Positions 1 through 9,080 of a DNA stretch of 31,441 nt are shown here, one piece after another. Below the pieces are notes generated by a model. That model had not been told where the DNA came from, did not search any database, and was given only the letters and a program-made list of their open reading frames with translations. Origin of the DNA: a virus (lineage: Duplodnaviria; Caudoviricetes). The position numbers were made by a program, and so were the translations under genes. Within the stretch, counting starts at the first letter, position 1. Every line of letters starts with the position of its first letter. The DNA lies in the IMG/VR virus record IMGVR_UViG_3300029318_000058, positions 1 to 31,441 of that record, one strand, 5' to 3'.

Positions 1-423
1 GATGAAACAACTCCATTTCAAATACTTAGACAACAAGGCATCCAAGCATTTCCTGCACCATCTAATGATGTAGGACTAAGAATAGAATCTGTAGAAACTG
101 CATTGAATAGAATGGTAGATGGTAAGCCTGGATTCTTATTGAATAGATCTTGTAAATCTTTACGTAAAGGATTTTTAGGTGGATATCATTACAGAAGAAT
201 ACAAACTTCTGGAGAAAGATATGAAGATAAACCTAATAAGAATAAATTTTCACACGTACATGATGCACTACAATATTTGATGCTAGGTGCTGGTGAAGGT
301 AGATCATTGACTGTAGGTCCAGCTAAACCTCAAGTATCTAATGCTTATAAGAACTGGAATATATTTGATCGTAGTACAATGAATAGGAGGAAGAAGTGGG
401 ATATTTTCCGAAGGAATGGTTAA
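1..423 (+). CDS. terL: Terminase large subunit, C-terminal nuclease part (5'-truncated)
   Basis: Frame is open from base 1 (DETTPFQILRQQGIQAFPAPSND...). It ends with KPNKNKFSHVHDALQYL, typical of the TerL RNase H-like C-terminus, and lies upstream of the portal. Confidence 0.85.
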   Translation, partial: DETTPFQILRQQGIQAFPAPSNDVGLRIESVETALNRMVDGKPGFLLNRSCKSLRKGFLGGYHYRRIQTSGERYEDKPNKNKFSHVHDALQYLMLGAGEGRSLTVGPAKPQVSNAYKNWNIFDRSTMNRRKKWDIFRRNG

Positions 424-803
424 TATATTTTTATGATCCACCCCATGAGGAGTGGTATCATGTATTTAGAAGAAAGAATATGGCTCATTGTGGTATGTTA
501 GGATTTGATGTGAAACAACAAAAATGGATAGCTATAGAACATATTCACAAAAGATTAGATATTAAAATACTCGATGGTGAAGATGTAGCTAAAGTCTTTG
601 ATTTTGTTAAAGCTATGAATGGTAAGTTTATAAAAGCTAAATTATTCAAGCAAAAGTTTAGATTATTCCAGGCTGCATGGTTAAGAGAACATTCATGCGT
701 AACTACTATAATGAGAGTACTAGGAATAAATAAGTTGATTATTACCCCTTATCAGTTATATAAATATTTAAAGAAACAAGGTTGTGAACAATGGGATTTT
801 TAA
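396..803 (+). CDS. Hypothetical protein, possibly a permuted papain-like (His-before-Cys) peptidase
   Basis: GTG start after AGGAGG; AHCG...HSCV order; C-terminal ITPYQLY. Confidence 0.5.
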   Translation: MGYFPKEWLIYFYDPPHEEWYHVFRRKNMAHCGMLGFDVKQQKWIAIEHIHKRLDIKILDGEDVAKVFDFVKAMNGKFIKAKLFKQKFRLFQAAWLREHSCVTTIMRVLGINKLIITPYQLYKYLKKQGCEQWDF

Positions 804-1012
804 AACCACCAAAATATAGAAAATCAGCTAGTGAAGAAGCATTAGAAAAACAAATGGAAGAAGAAAGAAAAGCAGCTGAAGAAGAAAAGAAAAGATTAGA
901 AGCAGAAGAAGAACGCAGAAAAAAAAGATTTGCTGCTGGTAAGTTAGGATCTAGATCTTTATTTTCTAGAGCTGGTGGTCGTGGATTTTATACTGAAGGT
1001 GAAGAAACATAA
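791..1012 (+). CDS. Small charged coiled-coil protein
   Basis: 73-aa E/K/R-rich ORF coupled to its neighbours, in the position of the small pre-portal podovirus gene. Confidence 0.6.
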   Translation: MGFLKPPKYRKSASEEALEKQMEEERKAAEEEKKRLEAEEERRKKRFAAGKLGSRSLFSRAGGRGFYTEGEET

Positions 1013-1779
1013 TGGGATCTAGTACATCTACATCAAGTGGTGGAGGAAATAAAACATATGGAATGGGTCCAGGTCAGTCAATGGCTATGGCAGGAAATAC
1101 TGGACTAGCTACTGCTACAACAGAACAAGCAGAAATTATTAAAAAAGGAACTGGTAAATCATTTAAAGCTATTGGTCAAAATATTGGTGAAGTAGGTTCT
1201 AAATATCGTAGACCAGCTGATGTTGATAAATATGCAGATAAAGTTCGTATGATGAATGAAGGTTTAGAAAAAGGTGGAAAAATTTTTGTTGGTGCAGATG
1301 GAGTAGAAAGAGTGAGTTTAATGGGAACTGGTGTTAAAGATGCACAAGGTAGAACTGTGTTATCAATTTTAAAACCAGAGCTTACTGCAAAAGCACCTAC
1401 ACTTAGACAATTAGGTGGAGATATTGGTAGAGGATTAGTGGGTTATAATACATTAAAGTATAAAGATAATACTAATAAAGTTGAGATGGTTAGAGAAAAA
1501 GGTTTGATTCCATCTTTATTTGATGCTGCTATAAAAGGACAATTTAGTCCAATAGGAGCTGCATTAAGTATTGGAAATAATTTTTTCTCATATGGATCTG
1601 CATCTAAAAATAATCAAACACAAGATCAAGTAACTAATTTGCCAGAAAGTGATATTAGAGAAAACGAAAGAAAAATGAAAATAGAAAAAAGATTAGCAGC
1701 TCTTGGTAGTTCAACTACAGATAATACTAGACCTTTCCTTACTATTAAAAGGCAAGGGTTTGGTGGGTCAATGAGTTAA
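1012..1779 (+). CDS. Hypothetical protein
   Basis: 255-aa ORF with TAATG overlaps on both sides. Confidence 0.7.
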   Translation: MGSSTSTSSGGGNKTYGMGPGQSMAMAGNTGLATATTEQAEIIKKGTGKSFKAIGQNIGEVGSKYRRPADVDKYADKVRMMNEGLEKGGKIFVGADGVERVSLMGTGVKDAQGRTVLSILKPELTAKAPTLRQLGGDIGRGLVGYNTLKYKDNTNKVEMVREKGLIPSLFDAAIKGQFSPIGAALSIGNNFFSYGSASKNNQTQDQVTNLPESDIRENERKMKIEKRLAALGSSTTDNTRPFLTIKRQGFGGSMS

Positions 1780-3356
1780 TGTATAGTTATAATTATAGAT
1801 CAGGACCTAATGAAGGAGTAATGAATCCTAAATCATTTCTTAAAAAGTTTAGTCATGCAGAACAATTAAAGACACATTGGATTCCAAAGTTTGAAGAAGC
1901 ATATGAATATACAATGCCAGGGAGAGAAGCATTTTATGATGAAGCTCCTGGAGAAAAAAGAACTGATAGAATTTTTGATGAAACAGCTGTAGTAGGCATA
2001 CAAGAGTTTGCATCAAGACTACAAGCAGGTATTACACCTACGTTTGGTAGATGGATAAATTTAAAAGCAGGTTTAGAAATACCTACACAATTAGCACCAC
2101 AAGTAGATGAACAATTAGATTCTATTACAGATTATATATTTGAAATACTTCATGCTTCTAACTTCAATCAAGAAGTACATGAATCATTTATGGACTTAGC
2201 TATTGGTACTGGTGTGATGTTAGTAAATGAAGGAACATCTACTAATCCTATAGTATTTAATTCTATCCCATTACCACACGTATACTTGAATGGTGGACCA
2301 GACAACAAGATTGATTGTGTATATAGAAAACGTCAAATTAGATTAGGTGATATAAAAGTATTATATCCAGAAGCACAACTAGATACATTAGAAGATAAAA
2401 TATTAAATGATGGTGATGCTAAGTGTACTGTAATTGAAGGTACAATGAGAAACTACAAAGATCCAAACAAAGAAGTTTATGACTATGTAGTATGTGTAAA
2501 AGACTTTGAACAAATAATATTTGAAGATCAGTTTGAAGGACAAGGTTCTAATCCATTTATTACATTTAGATGGAACAAAGCTAGTGGTGAAGTATATGGT
2601 CGTGGTCCAGTATTTAACGCTATGTCTGCAATCAAAACTACTAACCTTACTATTGAATTAATTTTAGAAAATGCACAGATGAATATATCTGGTGTATATC
2701 AATTAGAAGATGATGGAGTAATTAATCCAGATAACATTCAGTTAGTACCTGGCACAATTATTCCAGTAGCTCCAGGATCTAGAGGTTTAGTTCCTATTAA
2801 TGGAGCAGGTAGATTTGATGTAGCACAATTAGTATTAGATGATATGAGGCAGAATATACGTAAAGCATTATACATGGAAACACTTGGTCCAACCAAAGGT
2901 ACACCTATGTCAGCTACTGAAGTAGCAGAAAGAATGGCAGATTTATCTAGACAGATTGGATCTTCATTTGGCAGACTACAGTCAGAGTTTATTATGCCTT
3001 TGATTAGACGTGTAATTTATATTTTAAAGAAGCAAGGTAGAATAGAATTACCTTCATTGAACAATAAAGAGATTAAAATTATTCCAGAATCACCATTATC
3101 TAGAGCGCAGAATGAACAAGATATAGCTGATATAAATAGATTTAATGCAACACTAGGTCAAACATTTGGACCACAAGTATTAAATTTAATTGTTAAACAA
3201 GAAGAAGTAGCTAGATATCTAGCAGAAAAAATGAATTTACCTGAAAAATTAATTAGAGATGCAGCTGAACAACAACAAGTTGTACAACAGATGCAGCAGG
3301 TAATGCAACAACAGGGAGGTATGAATGAGTTGGGAGCAGCTCCAGAACAAGCCTAA
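1779..3356 (+). CDS. Portal (head-to-tail connector), T7 gp8-like
   Basis: 525 aa. Motifs FASRLQAGITP, SNFNQEVHESFMDLAIGTG, RWNKASGEVYGRGP, SATEVAER, GRLQSEFIMPLI and SPLSRAQ. Confidence 0.95.
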   Translation: MYSYNYRSGPNEGVMNPKSFLKKFSHAEQLKTHWIPKFEEAYEYTMPGREAFYDEAPGEKRTDRIFDETAVVGIQEFASRLQAGITPTFGRWINLKAGLEIPTQLAPQVDEQLDSITDYIFEILHASNFNQEVHESFMDLAIGTGVMLVNEGTSTNPIVFNSIPLPHVYLNGGPDNKIDCVYRKRQIRLGDIKVLYPEAQLDTLEDKILNDGDAKCTVIEGTMRNYKDPNKEVYDYVVCVKDFEQIIFEDQFEGQGSNPFITFRWNKASGEVYGRGPVFNAMSAIKTTNLTIELILENAQMNISGVYQLEDDGVINPDNIQLVPGTIIPVAPGSRGLVPINGAGRFDVAQLVLDDMRQNIRKALYMETLGPTKGTPMSATEVAERMADLSRQIGSSFGRLQSEFIMPLIRRVIYILKKQGRIELPSLNNKEIKIIPESPLSRAQNEQDIADINRFNATLGQTFGPQVLNLIVKQEEVARYLAEKMNLPEKLIRDAAEQQQVVQQMQQVMQQQGGMNELGAAPEQA

Positions 3357-3600
3357 AGGAAGTCAATTATCTATTGATGGATTTTATCGTACAGAAAAAA
3401 GAGAAAGAGAACTTAATTCTGATATGGCTGCTGTATTTAGTACAGTAGTAGGAGAACAAGTTTTGGATTATTTAAGGTCCATTACAGTAGATGCAGTTGC
3501 AGGTAAAGACGTAAGCAACGAACATTTACGACATCTTGAAGGTATGAGATATTTATATTTTATCATCAAGAAAAGAATTGAATCTGATAAGGAGGTCTAA
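3325..3600 (+). CDS. Conserved small phage protein (Bbp19-like)
   Basis: VFST..GEQVLDYL...EG.R motif, located between portal and scaffold. Confidence 0.6.
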   Translation: MSWEQLQNKPKGSQLSIDGFYRTEKRERELNSDMAAVFSTVVGEQVLDYLRSITVDAVAGKDVSNEHLRHLEGMRYLYFIIKKRIESDKEV

Positions 3601-4349
3601 TGTCAGAAGAACAAGTACAAGAAACACAAGAAACAACACAAGAGATATCTCAAGAAAACACTAGTGAAGTTCAGATACCTGAGTATATTCCAGAAAAGTT
3701 TTGGGATACAGATAGAAATGAAATTAAAGTTGAAGAACTGGGTGCATCATACAAAGCATTGGAGCAAAAACTTGGGATGCGAACTGAAGATCTTACGAAA
3801 CAATTACGTGAAGATCTGGAATCAGAAAGAAAATCTAGCGTTCCTGAATCATATGAAATAAAGCTACCAGAGATACCACAAGATGTTGAAATATCAGTTG
3901 ATCCAGAACAAGAACTTGTTAAGTCTTGGGAACAAATTTGTAGAGATAATGGGTTATCACAGGAGGTATTCAACCAGGGAGTGGCGGCTTTTGTTAATAA
4001 TGAAATTGCTGGTTTGCCGAATCTTCAAGAAGAAATGGGCAAATTGGGAGATAATGCAAAAGAACGCATTGAAGCTGCTGATCTTTGGAGCAAAAAGTAT
4101 TTATCTAATGATGCCTATAATGCTATTGCCAATATGGCTGCTACTGCTGAAGGCGTTAAAGCTCTAGAAGAAATCATGGCTTTATCTAAAAACAAGCCAT
4201 TACCTAATACCAATACTGTAGTAGATGTAGAACTAGATGAAGGTGATTTACAGTCTATGATGAGAGATCCTAGGTATTGGAAAGATGGTGAAAAAGATCC
4301 ATCATATATTAGGAAAGTAACAGATCTATATCAAAAGAAATATGGCTAA
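3600..4349 (+). CDS. Capsid scaffolding (assembly) protein
   Basis: Acidic; PEYIPEKFW, SYKALEQKLG and C-terminal DPRYW motifs; between portal and capsid genes. Confidence 0.8.
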   Translation: MSEEQVQETQETTQEISQENTSEVQIPEYIPEKFWDTDRNEIKVEELGASYKALEQKLGMRTEDLTKQLREDLESERKSSVPESYEIKLPEIPQDVEISVDPEQELVKSWEQICRDNGLSQEVFNQGVAAFVNNEIAGLPNLQEEMGKLGDNAKERIEAADLWSKKYLSNDAYNAIANMAATAEGVKALEEIMALSKNKPLPNTNTVVDVELDEGDLQSMMRDPRYWKDGEKDPSYIRKVTDLYQKKYG

Positions 4350-4596
4350 GAAGTTTCCATATAAGAAATACGTACTTATATGGGAAGATCCTACTGGGGA
4401 TAGTGCATGGATGTCTGATAAAGATATGGAATACCTATCTCCAGCTATTATTACTACAGAAGCATACATTTATTCAAAGAATAAGAAGTATATCAAGACA
4501 TTTGCAAGTTATATTAGAGAAAGCGATGGATCATACACATACGCTGATGTCAATGTTTTTCCTGCATCTTGTCTTGTAAAGATGACGAAAATATAA
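4342..4596 (+). CDS. Hypothetical protein
   Basis: 84 aa with W-E-D...W and FP..C motifs of a common small phage family. Confidence 0.6.
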   Translation: MAKKFPYKKYVLIWEDPTGDSAWMSDKDMEYLSPAIITTEAYIYSKNKKYIKTFASYIRESDGSYTYADVNVFPASCLVKMTKI

Positions 4597-4597
4597 T
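4569..4597 (+). promoter_or_regulatory. Sigma70-like promoter for the capsid gene
   Basis: TTGTCT (4569-4574), 17 nt, then TATAAT (4592-4597), immediately before the capsid leader. Confidence 0.55.
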
Positions 4598-4610
4598 ATA
4601 TCTCAACTAA

Positions 4611-4676
4611 CAAGCCGATTTAAACTGGACTTTGCCCAGTAATGGATAACTTAGAAATGTTTATGACGACAACTTG
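4611..4676 (+). promoter_or_regulatory. Structured 5' leader of the major capsid gene
   Basis: CAAG/CTTG and TAAAC/GTTTA stems around a CCA-GTAA-TGG GNRA hairpin; nested GCC...GAYAACTT motif occurs twice. Confidence 0.5.
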
Positions 4677-4702
4677 GATTTAATAATGAAAGGTAAAACA
4701 CA

Positions 4703-5536
4703 ATGACAGCAACAATAGATCAAGCATTTGTGAAACAGTTTGAAGCTGAAGTTCACATGGCTTATCAACGTATGGGTTCAAAATTGAAGCCCATGGTACG
4801 TAATGTCAATGGTGTAAAAGGAAATACTGTTCAGTTCCAAAAAGTAGCGAAAGGTTCTGCTTCAACTAAAGCAAGACACGCTGAGGTTGTCGCTATGAAC
4901 TCTGTTCACTCAAATGTAACTGCAACACTATCAGACTTTTATGCTGCTGATTACGTAGACAAACTAGACGAACTAAAAGTAAACATTGATGAGAGAAACA
5001 TTGTAGCACAAAATGCTGCATATGCTCTAGGTCGTAAGACTGATGAAATCATCACTGATACTTTTGATGCAGGTGCAACTGCTTTAGCTAACAACTCTGC
5101 TGGTTCAACTACTGGTATGAACTTAGACAAAGCTCAGAATGTTTTTGAAATCTTTGGCAACAATGATGTGCCAGATGATGGAGGAAGATACTGGGTAGTC
5201 GGTCCAAAACAGTGGTCTGACCTATTAGATATAGATCAGTTCTCAAGAGCTGAATATATCGGTGAAGCAGATCTACCTTACAAAGGTGGAATGACAGCTA
5301 AAAGATGGTTGTCTTTCATGTGGTGTGGTTTTAGTGGTCTACCAACATCTGGTTCAACAGATAGACACACTATGGCTTTCCATAAATCATCTCTAGGTTT
5401 AGGTGTAGGTTCAGACGTAAGAACTGAAGTGAACTATATCCCTGAGAAAGTAGCACACCTTACAACTTCATATATGTCAATGGGAGCAGTCCTAATTGAC
5501 GGTGATGGTGTAAGAATCCAGAAGTGTGCAGAGTAG
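4703..5536 (+). CDS. Major capsid protein
   Basis: 277 aa. FVKQFEAEVHMAYQ..GSKL, D.YAADYVDKLD and AAYALGRKTDE motifs; follows the scaffold and has its own promoter and downstream terminator. Confidence 0.92.
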   Translation: MTATIDQAFVKQFEAEVHMAYQRMGSKLKPMVRNVNGVKGNTVQFQKVAKGSASTKARHAEVVAMNSVHSNVTATLSDFYAADYVDKLDELKVNIDERNIVAQNAAYALGRKTDEIITDTFDAGATALANNSAGSTTGMNLDKAQNVFEIFGNNDVPDDGGRYWVVGPKQWSDLLDIDQFSRAEYIGEADLPYKGGMTAKRWLSFMWCGFSGLPTSGSTDRHTMAFHKSSLGLGVGSDVRTEVNYIPEKVAHLTTSYMSMGAVLIDGDGVRIQKCAE

Positions 5537-5545
5537 GAGTAAATA

Positions 5546-5794
5546 ATGGCATACGCAACTTCAAACCCTGTAAAAAAAATCTCTCAAATGGGAGATTCTA
5601 ATTCACTTTGGTATTATGCTGATGGTGATGCTATCGGTACTATTGATGATAATGAATACTTTTTAGCATCAACTGGCGATTTAAATGCTGGTGATGTTAT
5701 CATAGTCAATAGTGGTGGATCAAATGGTGTTGTAGATATATTAATTGTAACTACAGCATCTTCAACACAAGTAAGAACTGCCTTACTATCATAA
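5546..5794 (+). CDS. Probable capsid decoration / minor capsid protein
   Basis: 82-aa beta-rich ORF co-transcribed with the capsid gene ahead of the terminator; AGGAG RBS. Confidence 0.55.
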   Translation: MAYATSNPVKKISQMGDSNSLWYYADGDAIGTIDDNEYFLASTGDLNAGDVIIVNSGGSNGVVDILIVTTASSTQVRTALLS

Positions 5795-5801
5795 TGATAT
5801 T

Positions 5802-5823
5802 GGGGGGATTTATTCCCCCCTTT
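5802..5823 (+). terminator. Rho-independent terminator after the capsid operon
   Basis: GGGGGGA-TTTAT-TCCCCCC followed by a short TTT tract, so probably leaky. Confidence 0.75.
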
Positions 5824-5828
5824 AAATA

Positions 5829-6425
5829 ATGGCAGATACTAAAGTAGACATTTGTGCAAGAGCCTTAATTATGATAGGCGCACAGCCTATATCTTCTTTT
5901 GATGATGGCTCAACAGAAGCATTAGTAGCTTCAAACATTTACGAAAATATTACTCAATCAATTCTTTGCAGACATAGATGGAGATTTGCAACAGAACAAC
6001 AACAACTTTCTTTATTAGCTGCAACACCTACAGGTAGATATGAATATGCTTATCAGCTACCTACCTCACCAGATTTATTACAATTAAATACAATTACAGT
6101 TGCTGATGTACCTATTGAATATGCTAGGTATGGAGATAAAGTATTTGTAAATGGGTATGATTCACAGTCAGCATTGATTGCTGATTATATATTTAGACAA
6201 GATGAATCAGAGTTTCCTGCGTATTTTAAATTAAGTTTAGAATATACATTAGCTTCTATTTTTGCTGGATCAGTAGCAAGAGATGCAGCTATGATAAAAC
6301 AGTTTTCAGACTTAGCAGAAAGACAAGTATTAATAGCTAAGAATACAGATAGCCAAGAAGTAACAAACAAAAAACTTAGCACAAAGAGATTTATAACAAA
6401 CAGATTAACTACTAGGGGATATTAA
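5829..6425 (+). CDS. Tail tubular protein A (adaptor), T7 gp11-like
   Basis: TKVDICARALIMIGAQPI, HRWRFA and YAYQLP motifs; synteny. Confidence 0.88.
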   Translation: MADTKVDICARALIMIGAQPISSFDDGSTEALVASNIYENITQSILCRHRWRFATEQQQLSLLAATPTGRYEYAYQLPTSPDLLQLNTITVADVPIEYARYGDKVFVNGYDSQSALIADYIFRQDESEFPAYFKLSLEYTLASIFAGSVARDAAMIKQFSDLAERQVLIAKNTDSQEVTNKKLSTKRFITNRLTTRGY

Positions 6426-8620
6426 TGGCTAACACCCTAAGAACTGTTTACACTAACTTTGCAAGTGGAGAGCTAAATCCATTACTAGTCACTAGAACAG
6501 ATGCTAACGCATATTTTAGTGGTGCTAAAACTTTACGTAATTGGTACTTACTAGATGAAGGTGGTATTATGCGTAGACCTGGAACTACATATAAGGCTAC
6601 TTTGCCAGGAGCATCAAGAATTATACCATTTATATTTTCTAATGATGAACTAGCAGTATTTGTTTTATCTAATAATAGATTAGATGTTTATGGATCTGAT
6701 GGTGCAGCCATACAAACAAATATAACTAGTAATTGTAATTGGACTACAGCTCAGTTATTTGAATTAAACTTTGCACAGTTTGGCGATACTGTGTTTATGA
6801 CACATCGAAATAATTCTATTAGAGAAATAAAAAGAACTAGTGCTTCTGCATTTACTGTATCTGCTTTTACGTTTGAAGAAGATACAAGTGTAACTGTAGG
6901 TGGTGTAAACAAAACTACACAACCTTTTTATAAATATGCTGCTGCTAGTTTAACTATTACATTATCTTCTCATGCTACTGGAACAGGTAGAACACTAACA
7001 GCAAGTGCAGATTTTTTTACAACCAATCATATTAACACATATTTAAAAATAAATGGTAAGCAAGTTTTTATTACAGCTAGAACTAATGCTACTGAAGCAA
7101 CTGCAACTGTGTTAGAAGATGTTGGTACTACTGGACCTCATGCAGATTTTGAAGAACAATTAATATCTGCTGAAAGAGGATTTCCACAAGCAGTTACATT
7201 TCATGATAACAGATTATATTTTGCTGGAGTTAGAGATGCTCCTGCTGCTGTAGTAGGATCACAAGTTGGTGGATATTTTAACTTTGAAGTAGGTACTGGA
7301 TTAGCGGACCAAGCTATTAATGTATTTGTATCTGGTGATAGAGTAAACGAAATTAGACATTTAGTATCTTCAAGAAACTTACAAGTATTAACAGATGGTG
7401 GTGAATACTTTGTTCCTACATCTACAGATACTTCTGCTGTAACACCAGCTAACATTACATTTCTTAGACAAACACCTTATGGTTGTAGTAGAGCAAAGCC
7501 AATTATTTTTGATGGAGCAACATTATATGCACAGAAGAATGGTAAAGCGATTAGAGAATATTTATTTAGTGATGTAGAAAATGCTTATGCTTCTACATCT
7601 ATATCTATATTAGCCTCGCATTTAGTTAATGATCCAGTAGATATGGCTATGATAACAGGTAGCACAACTAGACCAGAACAGTTTGCTTTCTTTACAAATG
7701 ATGATGGAACACTTGGATTGTTTCATAGTGTACGTGCAGAAAAAATAGCTGGTTGGACATTATGGAGTACTAAAAGTGGAGATGAGTTTACTAGTATTAC
7801 AGCAGTAAATGAAAATTTATTCTGTGTTGTTAAAAGACAATTAGAAGGTGGAACTGTATATACATTAGAAAAGTTTGCTGAACAGGATGATTTAACATTA
7901 GATTGTTCTGGAACAACTACTGTAAATCAACAAGGAACTCCTTTAGTAAATGGTGCTAGTCAAACAGGTACAAGTTTAAATGTAGATGGATATTCAACTG
8001 CACCTAATACAGGTGATGTTATTACCATAGCTGGGATTACTGGTAGTTATGAAATACAAACAGTTACAGCTACAGCTAGTGGTCATACTGTAGTTTTAGA
8101 CCAGGCACTAGCTTCTTCACCTGCTGATAACGCTGCTATTACTATTACTTCAGGTCGTGTCCATAACAGTCCAGCTCACTTAACACAAGAAACTGTTAAT
8201 GCTGTTGATGGTACATTTTCATTAGGATCATTTACAACATCAGCTAGTGATACAATTACATTTGATGTGGCTCATAGTGCAGGTGTAATTATAGGATTTA
8301 ATTATGAGCCTAGTTTAGAAACTATGCCTATTGATAGAGAAGTACAAAATGGTCCATTGACAGGTCAGATAAAGCGTATATCTAGAGCAGTTATAGACTT
8401 ATCAGATTCTTTAAATGTAGCTTTACAGGCAGCGGACAGTACTGCTAAAAGTTTAGTTATAAGAGATGTAGCATTTGATGTAGCAGCTCCAGTAGCTAAA
8501 GTAACAGGAAAGAAAGAGTTTTTCTTTTTAGGCTATGATAGAGAGCCTACATTGAAGATAACACAAACAGCACCCTTGCCTTTGAAAGTATTGGGTGTAG
8601 CATTAGAGGTAGTATTTTAA
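6425..8620 (+). CDS. Tail tubular protein B (nozzle), T7 gp12-like
   Basis: NFASGELNP, GGIMRRPGT, FAQFGD and GFPQAVTFHDNRLYFAG beta-propeller motifs; 731 aa. Confidence 0.9.
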   Translation: MANTLRTVYTNFASGELNPLLVTRTDANAYFSGAKTLRNWYLLDEGGIMRRPGTTYKATLPGASRIIPFIFSNDELAVFVLSNNRLDVYGSDGAAIQTNITSNCNWTTAQLFELNFAQFGDTVFMTHRNNSIREIKRTSASAFTVSAFTFEEDTSVTVGGVNKTTQPFYKYAAASLTITLSSHATGTGRTLTASADFFTTNHINTYLKINGKQVFITARTNATEATATVLEDVGTTGPHADFEEQLISAERGFPQAVTFHDNRLYFAGVRDAPAAVVGSQVGGYFNFEVGTGLADQAINVFVSGDRVNEIRHLVSSRNLQVLTDGGEYFVPTSTDTSAVTPANITFLRQTPYGCSRAKPIIFDGATLYAQKNGKAIREYLFSDVENAYASTSISILASHLVNDPVDMAMITGSTTRPEQFAFFTNDDGTLGLFHSVRAEKIAGWTLWSTKSGDEFTSITAVNENLFCVVKRQLEGGTVYTLEKFAEQDDLTLDCSGTTTVNQQGTPLVNGASQTGTSLNVDGYSTAPNTGDVITIAGITGSYEIQTVTATASGHTVVLDQALASSPADNAAITITSGRVHNSPAHLTQETVNAVDGTFSLGSFTTSASDTITFDVAHSAGVIIGFNYEPSLETMPIDREVQNGPLTGQIKRISRAVIDLSDSLNVALQAADSTAKSLVIRDVAFDVAAPVAKVTGKKEFFFLGYDREPTLKITQTAPLPLKVLGVALEVVF

Positions 8621-8621
8621 A

Positions 8622-9080
8622 ATGGGAGCAGATCCAGCAACATTATTTTTAATTAGCGCAGGTATTTCTGCGACAGGTTCTTTTGTTCAGATGAAACAAC
8701 AAAGAGAAGCTGCACGTGAAATGACTAGACGTTATGAACAAGAAAAAAGAATAGCTTATATTGAAGGTTTACAAGCAGAAAACTCTAGAACTAATGATAT
8801 GAATATGGTTCTTGCTAATAATAGAGCAGTTAGAGGTGCGTCTGGTGTAGGAGATAGTCCAAGTTTTGATGCGATACAACAAGATATTATTGATACTACA
8901 AAGAAAGATTTAGCAAGTATTAGATTAAATTCTAATAAAGTTAATTCAAGTTATGATAGAGCAATATTTAATACAAAATCTCAAGCATACTATTCTGATA
9001 TTGCATCTGTTATTAATGCAGGATCTACCATAGTTAATGGATGGAATTATTATAATTATTACAAGAGTACAAAAGTATAA
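8622..9080 (+). CDS. Small internal virion (ejection) protein, gp14-like
   Basis: Hydrophobic Gly/Ala N-terminus and GASGV motif; position after the nozzle. Confidence 0.65.
   Translation: MGADPATLFLISAGISATGSFVQMKQQREAAREMTRRYEQEKRIAYIEGLQAENSRTNDMNMVLANNRAVRGASGVGDSPSFDAIQQDIIDTTKKDLASIRLNSNKVNSSYDRAIFNTKSQAYYSDIASVINAGSTIVNGWNYYNYYKSTKV

Noticed and set aside
3664-4167. Overlapping alternative-frame and antisense ORFs inside the scaffold gene (and similar ones inside other long genes)
   Set aside because: No RBS or recognisable motifs; fully nested in well-supported genes.
5534-5546. Capsid readthrough into the in-frame decoration gene
   Set aside because: TAG is followed by GAG TAA, a second in-frame stop.
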